In this document: positions 1-8,648 of the stretch, in pieces
Numbering within the stretch: position 1 is the first letter of the stretch
Layout of the letters: each line of letters begins with the position of its first letter
Source of the DNA: a virus
Lineage: Duplodnaviria > Caudoviricetes
Direction: 5' to 3' (one strand)
Length of the DNA stretch: 64,000 nucleotides
IMG/VR virus record: IMGVR_UViG_2744054908_000003
Coordinates: 536 to 64,535 of that record
The notes under the pieces: model-generated
Databases searched by the model: none
Told to the model about the DNA's origin: nothing
What the model saw: only the letters and a program-made list of their open reading frames with translations
Translations under genes and position numbers: made by a program

Positions 1-821
1 TGAAGATTGTCTCGGATAAAGCAATCGCTGATATAACCCGCGAGGACGCGCAGAAATTCTACAAGGTTTGGCTACAAATGATAACGAAGCCAGCCAAAGG
101 CAAGCAGCCGATATCCGCCAGCATGGGTAATCGCATGATGGGTGGTATGCGCGTGCTATTTGCCGAATACTTCAAGCACATGGGCGATAGGGATCGGCCA
201 AACCCTTTCCGCGATCTTAGTTTTGCGGAGAAAGTTGAAAAGTCGCGGCCGCCTGTCCCAACGGATATCATCAAAGGGAAGTTCCTGACCTATGGCCCTC
301 TCGTCAGCTTAAACGAAGAGGCTCGCGGAATCGTCCTCGCGATGATTGAAACAGGATGCAGGCCAAGCGAGCTTTGTAATATTACGGCCGAGCACATATT
401 TCTTGCCGACAAGGTTCCGCATATCCTGATTGCGCCTCGAAAAGACGCTGCAGATCCGCGTGAGATTAAAACCGCTTCGTCTGTTCGCAAGCTGCCGTTG
501 GTCGGCATAGCGCATGAGGTTTTTAAGAAACATCGGAATGGCTTCCCTCGTTACAAAAACAAGGAAGACACGCTATCGGCGACGCTGAATAAGTATTTCA
601 AGGACAACGAGCTTTTTCCGAAGGGTGCCGGCTATACCGTCTATTCGCTTCGCCACTCATTCGAGGATCGCATGAAAGAGGCGGGCCTGGACGATGAACT
701 GCGCCGAATGTTGATGGGGCATACAGTTGACCGCCCACGATATGGCACGGGCGGTTCTCTGGAATGGCGAAAAGAACAGATGGAAAAATTCACGCTGCCG
801 TTCGACGCAGCCGTGATTTAA
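1..821 (+). CDS. Tyrosine recombinase/phage integrase, C-terminal part (frame open to window start)
   Basis: Box I ETGCRPSE, box II YSLRHSF...LMGH, catalytic Tyr in RPRYG. Confidence 0.9.
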   Translation, partial: KIVSDKAIADITREDAQKFYKVWLQMITKPAKGKQPISASMGNRMMGGMRVLFAEYFKHMGDRDRPNPFRDLSFAEKVEKSRPPVPTDIIKGKFLTYGPLVSLNEEARGIVLAMIETGCRPSELCNITAEHIFLADKVPHILIAPRKDAADPREIKTASSVRKLPLVGIAHEVFKKHRNGFPRYKNKEDTLSATLNKYFKDNELFPKGAGYTVYSLRHSFEDRMKEAGLDDELRRMLMGHTVDRPRYGTGGSLEWRKEQMEKFTLPFDAAVI

Positions 822-981
822 TACGATCGCGAATATTATCGTTCGCAGCCAGACTGCGCTGCATTCGTTCCACGCGCTCATAAAGTGGCAGGAGATTCTG
901 TTCTGTTTCCGGAAAGCAGGCAATCACACCGGCTATGGCATCCAACCATCGTTCGGTGTCAGCAAAGGTGTATGACGCCAT
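790..981 (-). CDS. Hypothetical protein, last gene of leftward operon; contains AANDN and ends TAA
   Basis: 63-aa ORF coupled to upstream stop; converges on integrase. Confidence 0.6.
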   Translation of the reverse strand: MASYTFADTERWLDAIAGVIACFPETEQNLLPLYERVERMQRSLAANDNIRDRIKSRLRRTAA

Positions 982-1208
982 TACTTGCTGCTTTCTGCCG
1001 GGCCGGCACGGCTTGCCTTATCTGCGGCTTCCTGCGCCTCTCGAACCGATTTTGAAACATCCTCGTCAGATGCGATGCCGCCCTCGTAGCTGCCTTGCGC
1101 ACGCTCTCCGATGTGAATGTGCGGAATCTGCTGGTAGGCGAGGAATATGGCTACGAGTGCCGCGATGACGATAAATACTCGCTTGTAGTCTCGCGCTGAC
1201 ATCCTCAC
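981..1208 (-). CDS. Small membrane-anchored hypothetical protein
   Basis: Hydrophobic N-terminal helix VFIVIAALVAIFLAY; coupled start/stop. Confidence 0.6.
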   Translation of the reverse strand: MRMSARDYKRVFIVIAALVAIFLAYQQIPHIHIGERAQGSYEGGIASDEDVSKSVREAQEAADKASRAGPAESSK

Positions 1209-1444
1209 TCCCTTTCCCGCAGTGCGGCGCGGCCTGCGTCATCTGGAACGTGACTGAGTGCCATTTCCAGTGCGTCAAGCGCGGCTTGCTTGTCGTAATA
1301 CTGGCTTCGGGTCAGGGGCGGCATTTCAACGATAATACCAGTGGGCACGTGTAACGCCCGGATCACCGTATCAAATCCGCCGACCCCCATACCGATGCGC
1401 TGATCAATGACGCGGATATTTACGTCTGCAAGGTCGAGTTTCAT
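1205..1444 (-). CDS. Peptide chain release factor (RF-1 domain)-like miniprotein lacking GGQ
   Basis: VIRALHVPTGIIVEM...RSQYYDKQAALDAL aligns by eye with RF1/RF2 VRITHLPTGIVV...RSQHKNK..A...L. Confidence 0.65.
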   Translation of the reverse strand: MKLDLADVNIRVIDQRIGMGVGGFDTVIRALHVPTGIIVEMPPLTRSQYYDKQAALDALEMALSHVPDDAGRAALRERE

Positions 1445-1875
1445 TCGCTACCGCCTCTCAGGGCTTGGCGACCGGCAGAATACCGCTCGAAGTGGAAAAC
1501 AACTGCCGTTTCATTGACGGTTAGAAGCCCGAACTTTTCAGCGAGACGAAAATTCACACTGGTTTTTCGCGCCCGTTCGATCTGCCGTTCTAGTTCCCAA
1601 CGAAGCCCTTCAATATTCATCGAAGACTTATAGAGATTGCATGGCGCACAGGCAGGCATAAGATTTTCAATGGTGTTGTTCTCCGGACGGAATACTTCGC
1701 CGGTCGGAACAAACCGTCCTGTTGCATAGCCAGTGCTCTCCCATTGAGATTTGCGAATGACGGGTTCGGCATGATCAACGTGCCATCCCTTTTCCGGAAG
1801 GTCGCAGCCACAATAAGCGCACTTGCCGCCGAATTTCTGCTTGATCGTCAACCTTTCAGCCTTCGTCAGCTTCAT
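1441..1875 (-). CDS. HNH endonuclease
   Basis: CAYCG, WHVDHAEP, NLMPACAPCN. Confidence 0.85.
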   Translation of the reverse strand: MKLTKAERLTIKQKFGGKCAYCGCDLPEKGWHVDHAEPVIRKSQWESTGYATGRFVPTGEVFRPENNTIENLMPACAPCNLYKSSMNIEGLRWELERQIERARKTSVNFRLAEKFGLLTVNETAVVFHFERYSAGRQALRGGSE

Positions 1876-2141
1876 TCGCTCTGCTCCCCAAGTGCGGATG
1901 CGGCGCAAACAACCATGCCAGCAGCAATGGCGTAGCGCATGCGCTCGCGTTGAAGTGTCTCAGGATCACCGTTGCCAGTCTGAACCAGTTTCAGCATGTG
2001 CTTGCGAGAATAAGCATCGGCTGCATTGATCGCAGCGATGACAGCTTGATCGGACACGTACTGTTTGGCGGTTGAGGCCAGACCCGCCAGAACAATTTCA
2101 TCACGGTCGAATGTCTCGCGGATTTGTTCCTTACTCGGCAT
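1872..2141 (-). CDS. Hypothetical phage protein (MPSKEQIRE...)
   Basis: AGGAGG SD before ATG 2141; overlaps neighbours in operon. Confidence 0.6.
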   Translation of the reverse strand: MPSKEQIRETFDRDEIVLAGLASTAKQYVSDQAVIAAINAADAYSRKHMLKLVQTGNGDPETLQRERMRYAIAAGMVVCAASALGEQSE

Positions 2142-2562
2142 TGCTGGCCTCCTTTGCGCGCAAGAGGGCGATGCAGATCGCCAGCGGGAATGTTGGCGCT
2201 TGGCCTTGGGCAGTTTGGGAGCCGTCGGATATTTCGACGGTCCAGCCCATTGGCATGACGTCGTTGTCCAAGCCTCTTGCCCGGATGTAATCCTGACCGA
2301 TGTGTTCAAAGGTCCACCCCGGCAACACCCTCTCAGCCAGCGCGATAACGGCGTCCACAGAGGCGGTGTAGCGAGCAATCTTGCGATATGGGTAAATTCC
2401 TCTGATCCAAAAGCCATCAATCGGCCTTTCGATGATCACTTCCTTGCTTTCTGGATCATTGAGGTAAACACGGCCACCAAGGGAAACGGCTTCCAGTTCC
2501 GCATCCACTTCCCTGTCAGGCGCGTCTAGCTTGGAGAGGCGGGTAATGAGGTCAGAAGTCAT
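2131..2562 (-). CDS. Phage ABA-sandwich-like domain protein
   Basis: DREVDAEL...YTASVDAVIALAE...PLAICIALL pattern. Confidence 0.55.
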   Translation of the reverse strand: MTSDLITRLSKLDAPDREVDAELEAVSLGGRVYLNDPESKEVIIERPIDGFWIRGIYPYRKIARYTASVDAVIALAERVLPGWTFEHIGQDYIRARGLDNDVMPMGWTVEISDGSQTAQGQAPTFPLAICIALLRAKEASNAE

Positions 2563-3479
2563 GGCTTCCCTCCCAGCACAGCGCGGGCTTCGAAGAAAGC
2601 CTTCGCTGTCATTTGGTACGACAGTTTTGACCCTTTCGCGGTTTTCCTGTGGAGCTTGAAGACAACATCATCGTTGTTGAAATTTGCCGCGAACAGTTCG
2701 CCCGCTATATAGGAAAACGGCTCCAGCGCCATTTCAGCCGCCGCGAGCTTCGTCTCGGCTGTTTCTGCACGTTGTTGCCACTCGCATTTATACGGCTTCC
2801 CTTCCAGAACGGCACGCAAGTCCGATACCGCTTTCACCGCATCATCGTCATTGTCAGACCAATCAAACCAGACGACACGTTCTGCGGCCACGCGAACCCT
2901 TTCAGCAGCCGCGAGCTTGGCTTCGAGGGCTTCGATTGTCGCGCCACGTTGCCACGCTAAGTCGTCGGCTGTTTTTAATAGACCTTTGGTTTCCGCGAGT
3001 TGGTTGGCCAATTCTTCTTGGCGTCTGGCTACAGCGATGTTTGTGCCGATCAGTTCTTCAACCCGCGCATCCTTCGCCGCGTTGTCGATTGTGAGTGCTC
3101 CACATTCATCGTTGGCTCGGGCTAAATCGTATGTGGCACTTGTTAGAAGACCTCGTAGCCTTTCCTTCTCCGCCCGTTCCGCCGCCAATAGCTCCTCAGC
3201 CTGCGAGCGGAGGCAGACGGCAGAGCCAACAGGAACCGTAGCAGCATTGAATACCGCCCTTGTCATCTGACCGAATTTTGCGGCAGTCCCCACCGTCACC
3301 AGTCCCGTATCTGTAGCGGTAGGCGTGGGGCGGGTGTTCCAAGCGGCAATTGCCTGGTCAAAGCAATCGCTTATTCCTTGCTCGACTTCATTCGACATGC
3401 CGTGCGCCCAATGAACACCTTCCGGCACGCCGAACCACGCCCGCAGAAACGCTTCCTTGCGTTCTTGTTCACTCGCCAT
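2559..3479 (-). CDS. Mosaic coiled-coil early phage protein
   Basis: AGGAGG SD; internal repeat KLAAAE...RAVLEGKP / KLAAAE...RAVLGGKP. Confidence 0.6.
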   Translation of the reverse strand: MASEQERKEAFLRAWFGVPEGVHWAHGMSNEVEQGISDCFDQAIAAWNTRPTPTATDTGLVTVGTAAKFGQMTRAVFNAATVPVGSAVCLRSQAEELLAAERAEKERLRGLLTSATYDLARANDECGALTIDNAAKDARVEELIGTNIAVARRQEELANQLAETKGLLKTADDLAWQRGATIEALEAKLAAAERVRVAAERVVWFDWSDNDDDAVKAVSDLRAVLEGKPYKCEWQQRAETAETKLAAAEMALEPFSYIAGELFAANFNNDDVVFKLHRKTAKGSKLSYQMTAKAFFEARAVLGGKP

Positions 3480-3798
3480 GGCGGTCGCCTCCTGATGGGT
3501 GACCAGAAACGTCGATAGCGAATACCTCGACAGGATCAGGCCCGAAATGTGGATGGGTGATTGTCTTGCGGGTGAAGCCACGCCACGGAAGCTCCAACCG
3601 GCGTTCGGCGTCGTCGCGCTTCGGATAGCCTTTGGTCAGGACGATGCCGCTAAAGCTACGGTGTCCGGTTGTTCTATGGCCGGTCACAAAGAGCCGTCGC
3701 GTCCAGTAAGCATTCGCAAGCCGGTACTCTTCCTTCTTGGTGCCGTCGCGGATTGCATCAAAGTATTCGGCTTTCAGAGGGAGGATAAGCTTGCTCAT
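3469..3798 (-). CDS. ASCH/PUA-like domain protein
   Basis: LPLKAEYFDAIRDGTKKEEYR (GxKxxExR ASCH motif). Confidence 0.8.
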   Translation of the reverse strand: MSKLILPLKAEYFDAIRDGTKKEEYRLANAYWTRRLFVTGHRTTGHRSFSGIVLTKGYPKRDDAERRLELPWRGFTRKTITHPHFGPDPVEVFAIDVSGHPSGGDRHGE

Positions 3799-4832
3799 TC
3801 CGCGCCCTCCGAAGCCGGTGCAGCATCCCGCGCTTCCCTGGCGGTTTCATGCACGCTGATGGTGTGTGATGCCCCGTTGCCGTGATGCTTGCACAGGCAC
3901 CACTTGCCGCTGATGTTTTCTACGAAGTACGGATAACGGTGGAATTTCGGCAGGGACATTGACCACCCATCCCCCTCGACCTTACCGGCGTCGGCATGGT
4001 CCGGGGAGGATAGGGCGCTTTCCAGTTCAGCCATTGCGTCAAACGGGACAATCCAAGCTTTCTCGCCATCGTCACCTTCGATAGAACATAGCTTGCCGTT
4101 CCGAGCCGTATAGGTGTCATAGCGAACCGCAATCAGGTTGCGAGCCGCTTCCTCCAACGCCAGCGTACGCGCTGCGGATGGCTCGGCATCGAGCGAAATG
4201 ACGATCTGCTCAGCTTCGGCTTTGGCTTCTTCCTCGCTTGAGAAACGATCCAGCATCAAGAAGCCATACTTGCCGCCGTACATAGACCATGTCTTGCTTT
4301 CGCTCTTCCAGACAGCAAATGAGCCGTGACGGGTGTGCATTTCCCATCGAAGGCTTTCCCATCGGTCGAAATCAAATCCACCGCGGCCAAAGACGATTGT
4401 GTCATCGAACCTGACGAGACGAGTAACAACCCAAGGATCGGGCTGCGCTGCGGATGGCTCAAGCGCGGAGAGGACGCGGGCCATGAAGTCCTGGTACTGC
4501 CGCTTGCAATCACCTGGGACAGACTTGTTGCTTTCTGTGGTGATGGAATGCAGCGGAGAAAGACGTTCCGTAGCTTCACGAGCCTTCGCACGATACCAAG
4601 ACTGATCTACCCCTGATGTTCCTGAAATATGGCAGAGCTTCTCGAACATAACTTCATAACCAAACGCCATACGCTCGATCAGCTTGAAGGCGTCGGCCTG
4701 CACAGCCCCTTGCACGGGGAGGAAGGGGAGAGCGGCGGTGAGGGCGGCGCGGTGGCTTTCCGTGCTATCACCTTCGCATTCTCTATACGCTTTCTGCGCC
4801 GCCTTCACGGCGTGTTCACCCACTACCATCAC
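3795..4832 (-). CDS. Mosaic hypothetical early phage protein
   Basis: 345-aa ORF, overlap-coupled on both sides. Confidence 0.65.
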   Translation of the reverse strand: MMVVGEHAVKAAQKAYRECEGDSTESHRAALTAALPFLPVQGAVQADAFKLIERMAFGYEVMFEKLCHISGTSGVDQSWYRAKAREATERLSPLHSITTESNKSVPGDCKRQYQDFMARVLSALEPSAAQPDPWVVTRLVRFDDTIVFGRGGFDFDRWESLRWEMHTRHGSFAVWKSESKTWSMYGGKYGFLMLDRFSSEEEAKAEAEQIVISLDAEPSAARTLALEEAARNLIAVRYDTYTARNGKLCSIEGDDGEKAWIVPFDAMAELESALSSPDHADAGKVEGDGWSMSLPKFHRYPYFVENISGKWCLCKHHGNGASHTISVHETAREARDAAPASEGAE

Positions 4833-5089
4833 ACTGCCCTCCGCATCCGGCGGCGGTTGCCATTGGCTGGATTGCGACGCTGGCGGGGAGCGCCGTAGCG
4901 GAACCGAACGCCAGTAATGCGCGCCAATTCGAAAGCAGTGTCGCGCAGCGTCTCAGCTTCAGTGTGATAACCAAGAGCGCGCACGGCCTTCGAAATCGAT
5001 AAGACCTGCGCGGCGGTCGTGCCCTGTTGCTGAAATTCAGTGGCGGTCAGGATGGGCGCCGTAACGGCGTGCGTGATGGATCTGGACAT
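4829..5089 (-). CDS. Hypothetical protein (MSRSITHAV...)
   Basis: ACACGAGGAG leader before ATG 5089. Confidence 0.6.
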   Translation of the reverse strand: MSRSITHAVTAPILTATEFQQQGTTAAQVLSISKAVRALGYHTEAETLRDTAFELARITGVRFRYGAPRQRRNPANGNRRRMRRAV

Positions 5090-5202
5090 GGGGTCTCCTC
5101 GTGTTTGATGGGTGGGTGCAAAAAGCGGTGGCGCCAGTTGCGCAAATGCCGTCATTCTTGGAGGTTCGGGGGCTTAAGCGCCCCGTCGCTATCTTTCGTG
5201 CC

Positions 5203-5430
5203 TCATGCGGATAACCCCAACCCAACGCCGCACACAGCAATGCAAAACGCTACAACGACGGTCATCTCGACCGCTTCGCGTGCCGCATAGCGCAGCCACG
5301 GCTGTGGGCGACCATGTTTCCTCGCCTTGTAGTCAGGGCGGCGCATAGGCTCGACATTACCGGCCTTTGGTGCGTCGGTTTCCGTTTCGAACTCGTCGTC
5401 GGCAAGCATTTTCAGGAGCGCGCGGTTCAT
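5203..5430 (-). CDS. Small protein with C-terminal TM helix
   Basis: ATGA overlap with upstream gene; hydrophobic C-terminus. Confidence 0.55.
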   Translation of the reverse strand: MNRALLKMLADDEFETETDAPKAGNVEPMRRPDYKARKHGRPQPWLRYAAREAVEMTVVVAFCIAVCGVGLGLSA

Positions 5431-5771
5431 GCTGCTGCCCTCCGGTTTGTTGCGGCCCGCTCCGCCGCCGGTACGTTGTCGTTCGCGGCTACTGGCTCGA
5501 GGCGATAAAACCCGTGATTGCCCGCACCCCGGTGGTTCATCGGGATCGTCCAGCCAAACGAGGGCAGGAGCTTGCGGAGGCGACTGATTTGCACTCGCAC
5601 AACGTTTTGGGCGCCATCAGGACCGCCGTTCGGATCGAAAGCATAGACGTTGTCGACGAGGTCGTTGATGTAAATGCGGCGCGGATAAATCGCTGCCAGC
5701 GCGTCGACGATGTTTTTCTGTCCGCGTGGGAGAGGCGCACCTTCGAGCTCGGTGGTGGGGTTCCGCTCCAT
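5427..5771 (-). CDS. Winged-helix DNA-binding protein (OmpR/PhoB C-terminal-like)
   Basis: NVVRVQISRLRKLL...GFYRL; tail AANDNVPAAERAATNRRAAA. Confidence 0.75.
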   Translation of the reverse strand: MERNPTTELEGAPLPRGQKNIVDALAAIYPRRIYINDLVDNVYAFDPNGGPDGAQNVVRVQISRLRKLLPSFGWTIPMNHRGAGNHGFYRLEPVAANDNVPAAERAATNRRAAA

Positions 5772-6038
5772 TTAAGCGGCCTCCGCCAGCACTACCGGCG
5801 TGCAGCAAGCTACGGCGCCGCTCGTCTGGAAAACTTCGAACGTCTCGCCGGGACACAGAGCAGCAAGGCGCGTCGCCTCGGCTAAGGCTTGCTCAAACGA
5901 GCCGTGCTCGTATGGCATGGTGGTGAAGACTCCAACCCGGCCAGTCTTTTTGCCGCGGCGGAATACAAAGAATCCGCCGCCGATGATTTCATTCGGGCGA
6001 GGCTTGGGGCTTCTTCTTCTCGGTGCTGTTACGGTCAT
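5772..6038 (-). CDS. First gene of leftward (PL) operon, hypothetical
   Basis: ACACGAGGAG leader; immediately downstream of PL. Confidence 0.7.
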   Translation of the reverse strand: MTVTAPRRRSPKPRPNEIIGGGFFVFRRGKKTGRVGVFTTMPYEHGSFEQALAEATRLAALCPGETFEVFQTSGAVACCTPVVLAEAA

Positions 6039-6118
6039 GTGGGTTTCTCCTCGTGTTTTTTGGTGGGTGGTCAGCAGATCAAGCTGGTGAGGCTGTCTTC
6101 GTGCTGTTCACGAGGAGA

Positions 6119-6180
6119 TGTATCGCATCAAAACATGATGTAGTCAATGATAAAATGATAAAACGATAATTGAAATGATA
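6119..6180 (-). promoter_or_regulatory. PL-like promoter (TTGACT-N17-GATACA) with adjacent ATAAAA(T/C)GATA operator repeats
   Basis: -35 at 6147-6142, -10 at 6124-6119; same repeats recur at 6910-6980. Confidence 0.6.
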
Positions 6181-6903
6181 TTATCGCTGTGAGAATACGA
6201 CCTTATGGACGCTTATCACCTGGTCGCGATCGAAAAAGACTTCTCGAGGCGGGTTATATTGATAAAGGACCAGTCGGCTCGGTTGCCACCCTACGAATTC
6301 CTTTATGTATCCATAAGGTTCATGCCCGTCCTCGTCCGCATGCAACTGAACAACGACGTCATCACCACGGCGAGGTTTGACGTGCGGATGCAGCCAAATG
6401 GTTTCACCGGATTTATACCGTGGGAACATGGATTCGCCGTCGACATACACAGAATACGCTTCTTTTACTCCAGCAAGCATTGGCGGACGTACCTCCCAGC
6501 CTAGAATCTCGCCGTTAAACTCATACCTACCGTCATCGCCACCTACTGCGCGCCCACGAACTGGAACGTCACGCTCGCCCCCAATATGTTCACTTGAAAT
6601 CGCTATTTGAGGGGTAGGGCGACTCACGAGTGGCTTCACAGCGGCCGTAAGTCGTTCTGTTTTGCCGGACTGCACGACAGAATTAGCCATTAGACGCGCG
6701 AATAACAGTCGTTCGATACCGAGAGAATCGGCAACGGATTCCCAATTCCGGATGCTAGACGCATCGCCGTTTTCCCATTGGGAGACCGTATTTTGGTTCA
6801 CGCCGACGCGCTCGCCGAGCTCCGCCTGACTCCATTTAAGAGCCTTGCGACGTTGACGTATGAGTGCCCCTAATCCTAGGTCTGACGCGTGAATATCTAT
6901 CAT
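6181..6903 (-). CDS. CI-like prophage repressor (XRE HTH + S24 autopeptidase)
   Basis: WSQAELGERVGVNQNTVSQWENG HTH; GESMFP catalytic Ser and YIKE Lys. Confidence 0.93.
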   Translation of the reverse strand: MIDIHASDLGLGALIRQRRKALKWSQAELGERVGVNQNTVSQWENGDASSIRNWESVADSLGIERLLFARLMANSVVQSGKTERLTAAVKPLVSRPTPQIAISSEHIGGERDVPVRGRAVGGDDGRYEFNGEILGWEVRPPMLAGVKEAYSVYVDGESMFPRYKSGETIWLHPHVKPRRGDDVVVQLHADEDGHEPYGYIKEFVGWQPSRLVLYQYNPPREVFFDRDQVISVHKVVFSQR

Positions 6904-6909
6904 TCCACA

Positions 6910-6980
6910 CAAATATCATTTTAATCACTGAAAATAAAATCGTTATAGTGTTGACATTAAAACGATAAAACGATATACCA
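6910..6980 (+). promoter_or_regulatory. PR-like promoter (TTGACA-N17-TATACC) overlapping AAAACGATA operator repeats
   Basis: TTGACA 6951-6956, TATACC 6974-6979; AT-rich repeats shared with the PL region. Confidence 0.65.
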
Positions 6981-7111
6981 ATCTCATCAACCGGCCCAAA
7001 GAAGACCGGAGCACAGAAAAGGAGAATGAGTTGCACAAAGAGAAGCCGGAGCTTCCGCGACCGGACAGATAGTACCAACCCAAGGCGGACCGACCAGAAA
7101 ACACGAGGAGA

Positions 7112-7159
7112 ATGACGATGGACACCAGACCAGCAGACAATGACAACCGCCCGCCGTAG
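7112..7159 (+). CDS. 15-aa micro-ORF MTMDTRPADNDNRPP (or truncated remnant of a 41-codon ORF ending 7237)
   Basis: ACACGAGGAG leader at 7101-7110; TAG at 7157. Confidence 0.4.
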   Translation: MTMDTRPADNDNRPP

Positions 7160-7542
7160 GACAATAGGGACGCTGCTAGCCTGAGATGGCTAGTGGCGCG
7201 CGACGCATGCTTATTAGCAGGCGTCGGTGGGGATTGAGCTGGTTTGTAATGCCAGCCTAGAAATCGAAGGCCAGTTGTCCCGGCCACGACCGCCAATGAG
7301 CACACACATGCTCAAGACGGCCAAATCGCAGACGCACATAAGCACGAACTGCGACCAACTTAGGTTTCAGCATAAGCCAATACCTCCACGCTCTGACGGT
7401 TAAAGCCGCCTCTCAGCGAACGCAGTAACGCGCCGCTTGCCCTACATGAGAACAGCCGAAGCTGCAGAGTGGCTATTTGCTCCCCACCGACGTCTACACA
7501 TAAGCATGCTGAAAATTGAAACACAACCATGAGGAGAATGAC

Positions 7543-8646
7543 ATGCAGATTGTACAGGCCAGAGGCCGAGAAATCCCTGTAACGACCCGCAGCAAGAGAT
7601 ACACGCCAGAACGGGCTCGTGCGGAAGCGCTGTTTCATAAACCTGCAGCGGTTGCCAAACCGCGTATTCTTGAAGATGCGCCTAAGGTAGCTGCAACACG
7701 TCTCGTTGCGGTTGAAGAAACCGAACACGACAAGGTGTTCCGCCTGGTACGTGAAGGAAAGTTTGAAGACGCTGCCCGCCTTGCTGCTCGCCTGATCAAC
7801 GTGGGGCAGGTAACTGGTTTCTTCATCTATGGCAAATCGCCAGAATTCACCAAGGCATCGGAATGGCATCAGCGCCTTGTTCGCGATGGCGATGCTCGCG
7901 CCAATGTGCATATCATTTCGCCAGAACGAGCGCAGATCCTACTCATGCACAACATCGGCAACCGCCGCGTTAATGCCGCCAACCTTGCCGCTATTATGCG
8001 AGATATCGCAACCCATCGCTTTGATCTAAACGGCGAGTCAATCGTTGTATGTCAGGACGGCACGGTGAACGATGGTCAGCATCGCACTCTCGGCGTCTTG
8101 CTGACTGGCCAGCCAATTGAATCGGTCGTCTCGTACGGCGTCACCAAGGAATCGATGCGCACCGTTAATATCGGTCGCAAGCGCACCGGCGTTGATCGGT
8201 TGAATATCGCAAGCATTCCTAACGCTGTGCATATGTCCGCTATCTCAAACCTTGCGTTCGAGATGTACAATGGTCGCGCGGCTACACCTGCAGAAGCGCA
8301 GGATTATTATTTCGAGAACCAAGAGCACATCGTTCTTGCCAATTCCCTTATCGGAAATCCACAGAAGGGACTTGGGTCTGCTGCACCAGGTGTCGCCGCG
8401 CTCCACCTTCTTTCCTTGGGCGCTAATGAAGATGATATCCGTCATTTCTTCACCGCCTTCCGCACTGGTGAGATGCTAAAGCGTCGTAACCCAATTTATA
8501 CGCTTCGCGAGGCTTTGCGCGAAAAGACAGTCAAGTGGACACGCCAGCAGTGGACACGTGGGATCGTGCATCACTTCCTGATCTGGCGCGCAGGCCGATC
8601 CCTGGCCGTTGCCACATCCCCCGCATCTTTGCCTGAGGTGATCTGA
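7543..8646 (+). CDS. ParB/Srx-fold DGQHR-motif phage protein
   Basis: NIGNRRV...NGESIVV...NDGQHRT; GAGGAG SD. Confidence 0.7.
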   Translation: MQIVQARGREIPVTTRSKRYTPERARAEALFHKPAAVAKPRILEDAPKVAATRLVAVEETEHDKVFRLVREGKFEDAARLAARLINVGQVTGFFIYGKSPEFTKASEWHQRLVRDGDARANVHIISPERAQILLMHNIGNRRVNAANLAAIMRDIATHRFDLNGESIVVCQDGTVNDGQHRTLGVLLTGQPIESVVSYGVTKESMRTVNIGRKRTGVDRLNIASIPNAVHMSAISNLAFEMYNGRAATPAEAQDYYFENQEHIVLANSLIGNPQKGLGSAAPGVAALHLLSLGANEDDIRHFFTAFRTGEMLKRRNPIYTLREALREKTVKWTRQQWTRGIVHHFLIWRAGRSLAVATSPASLPEVI

Positions 8647-8648
8647 CT

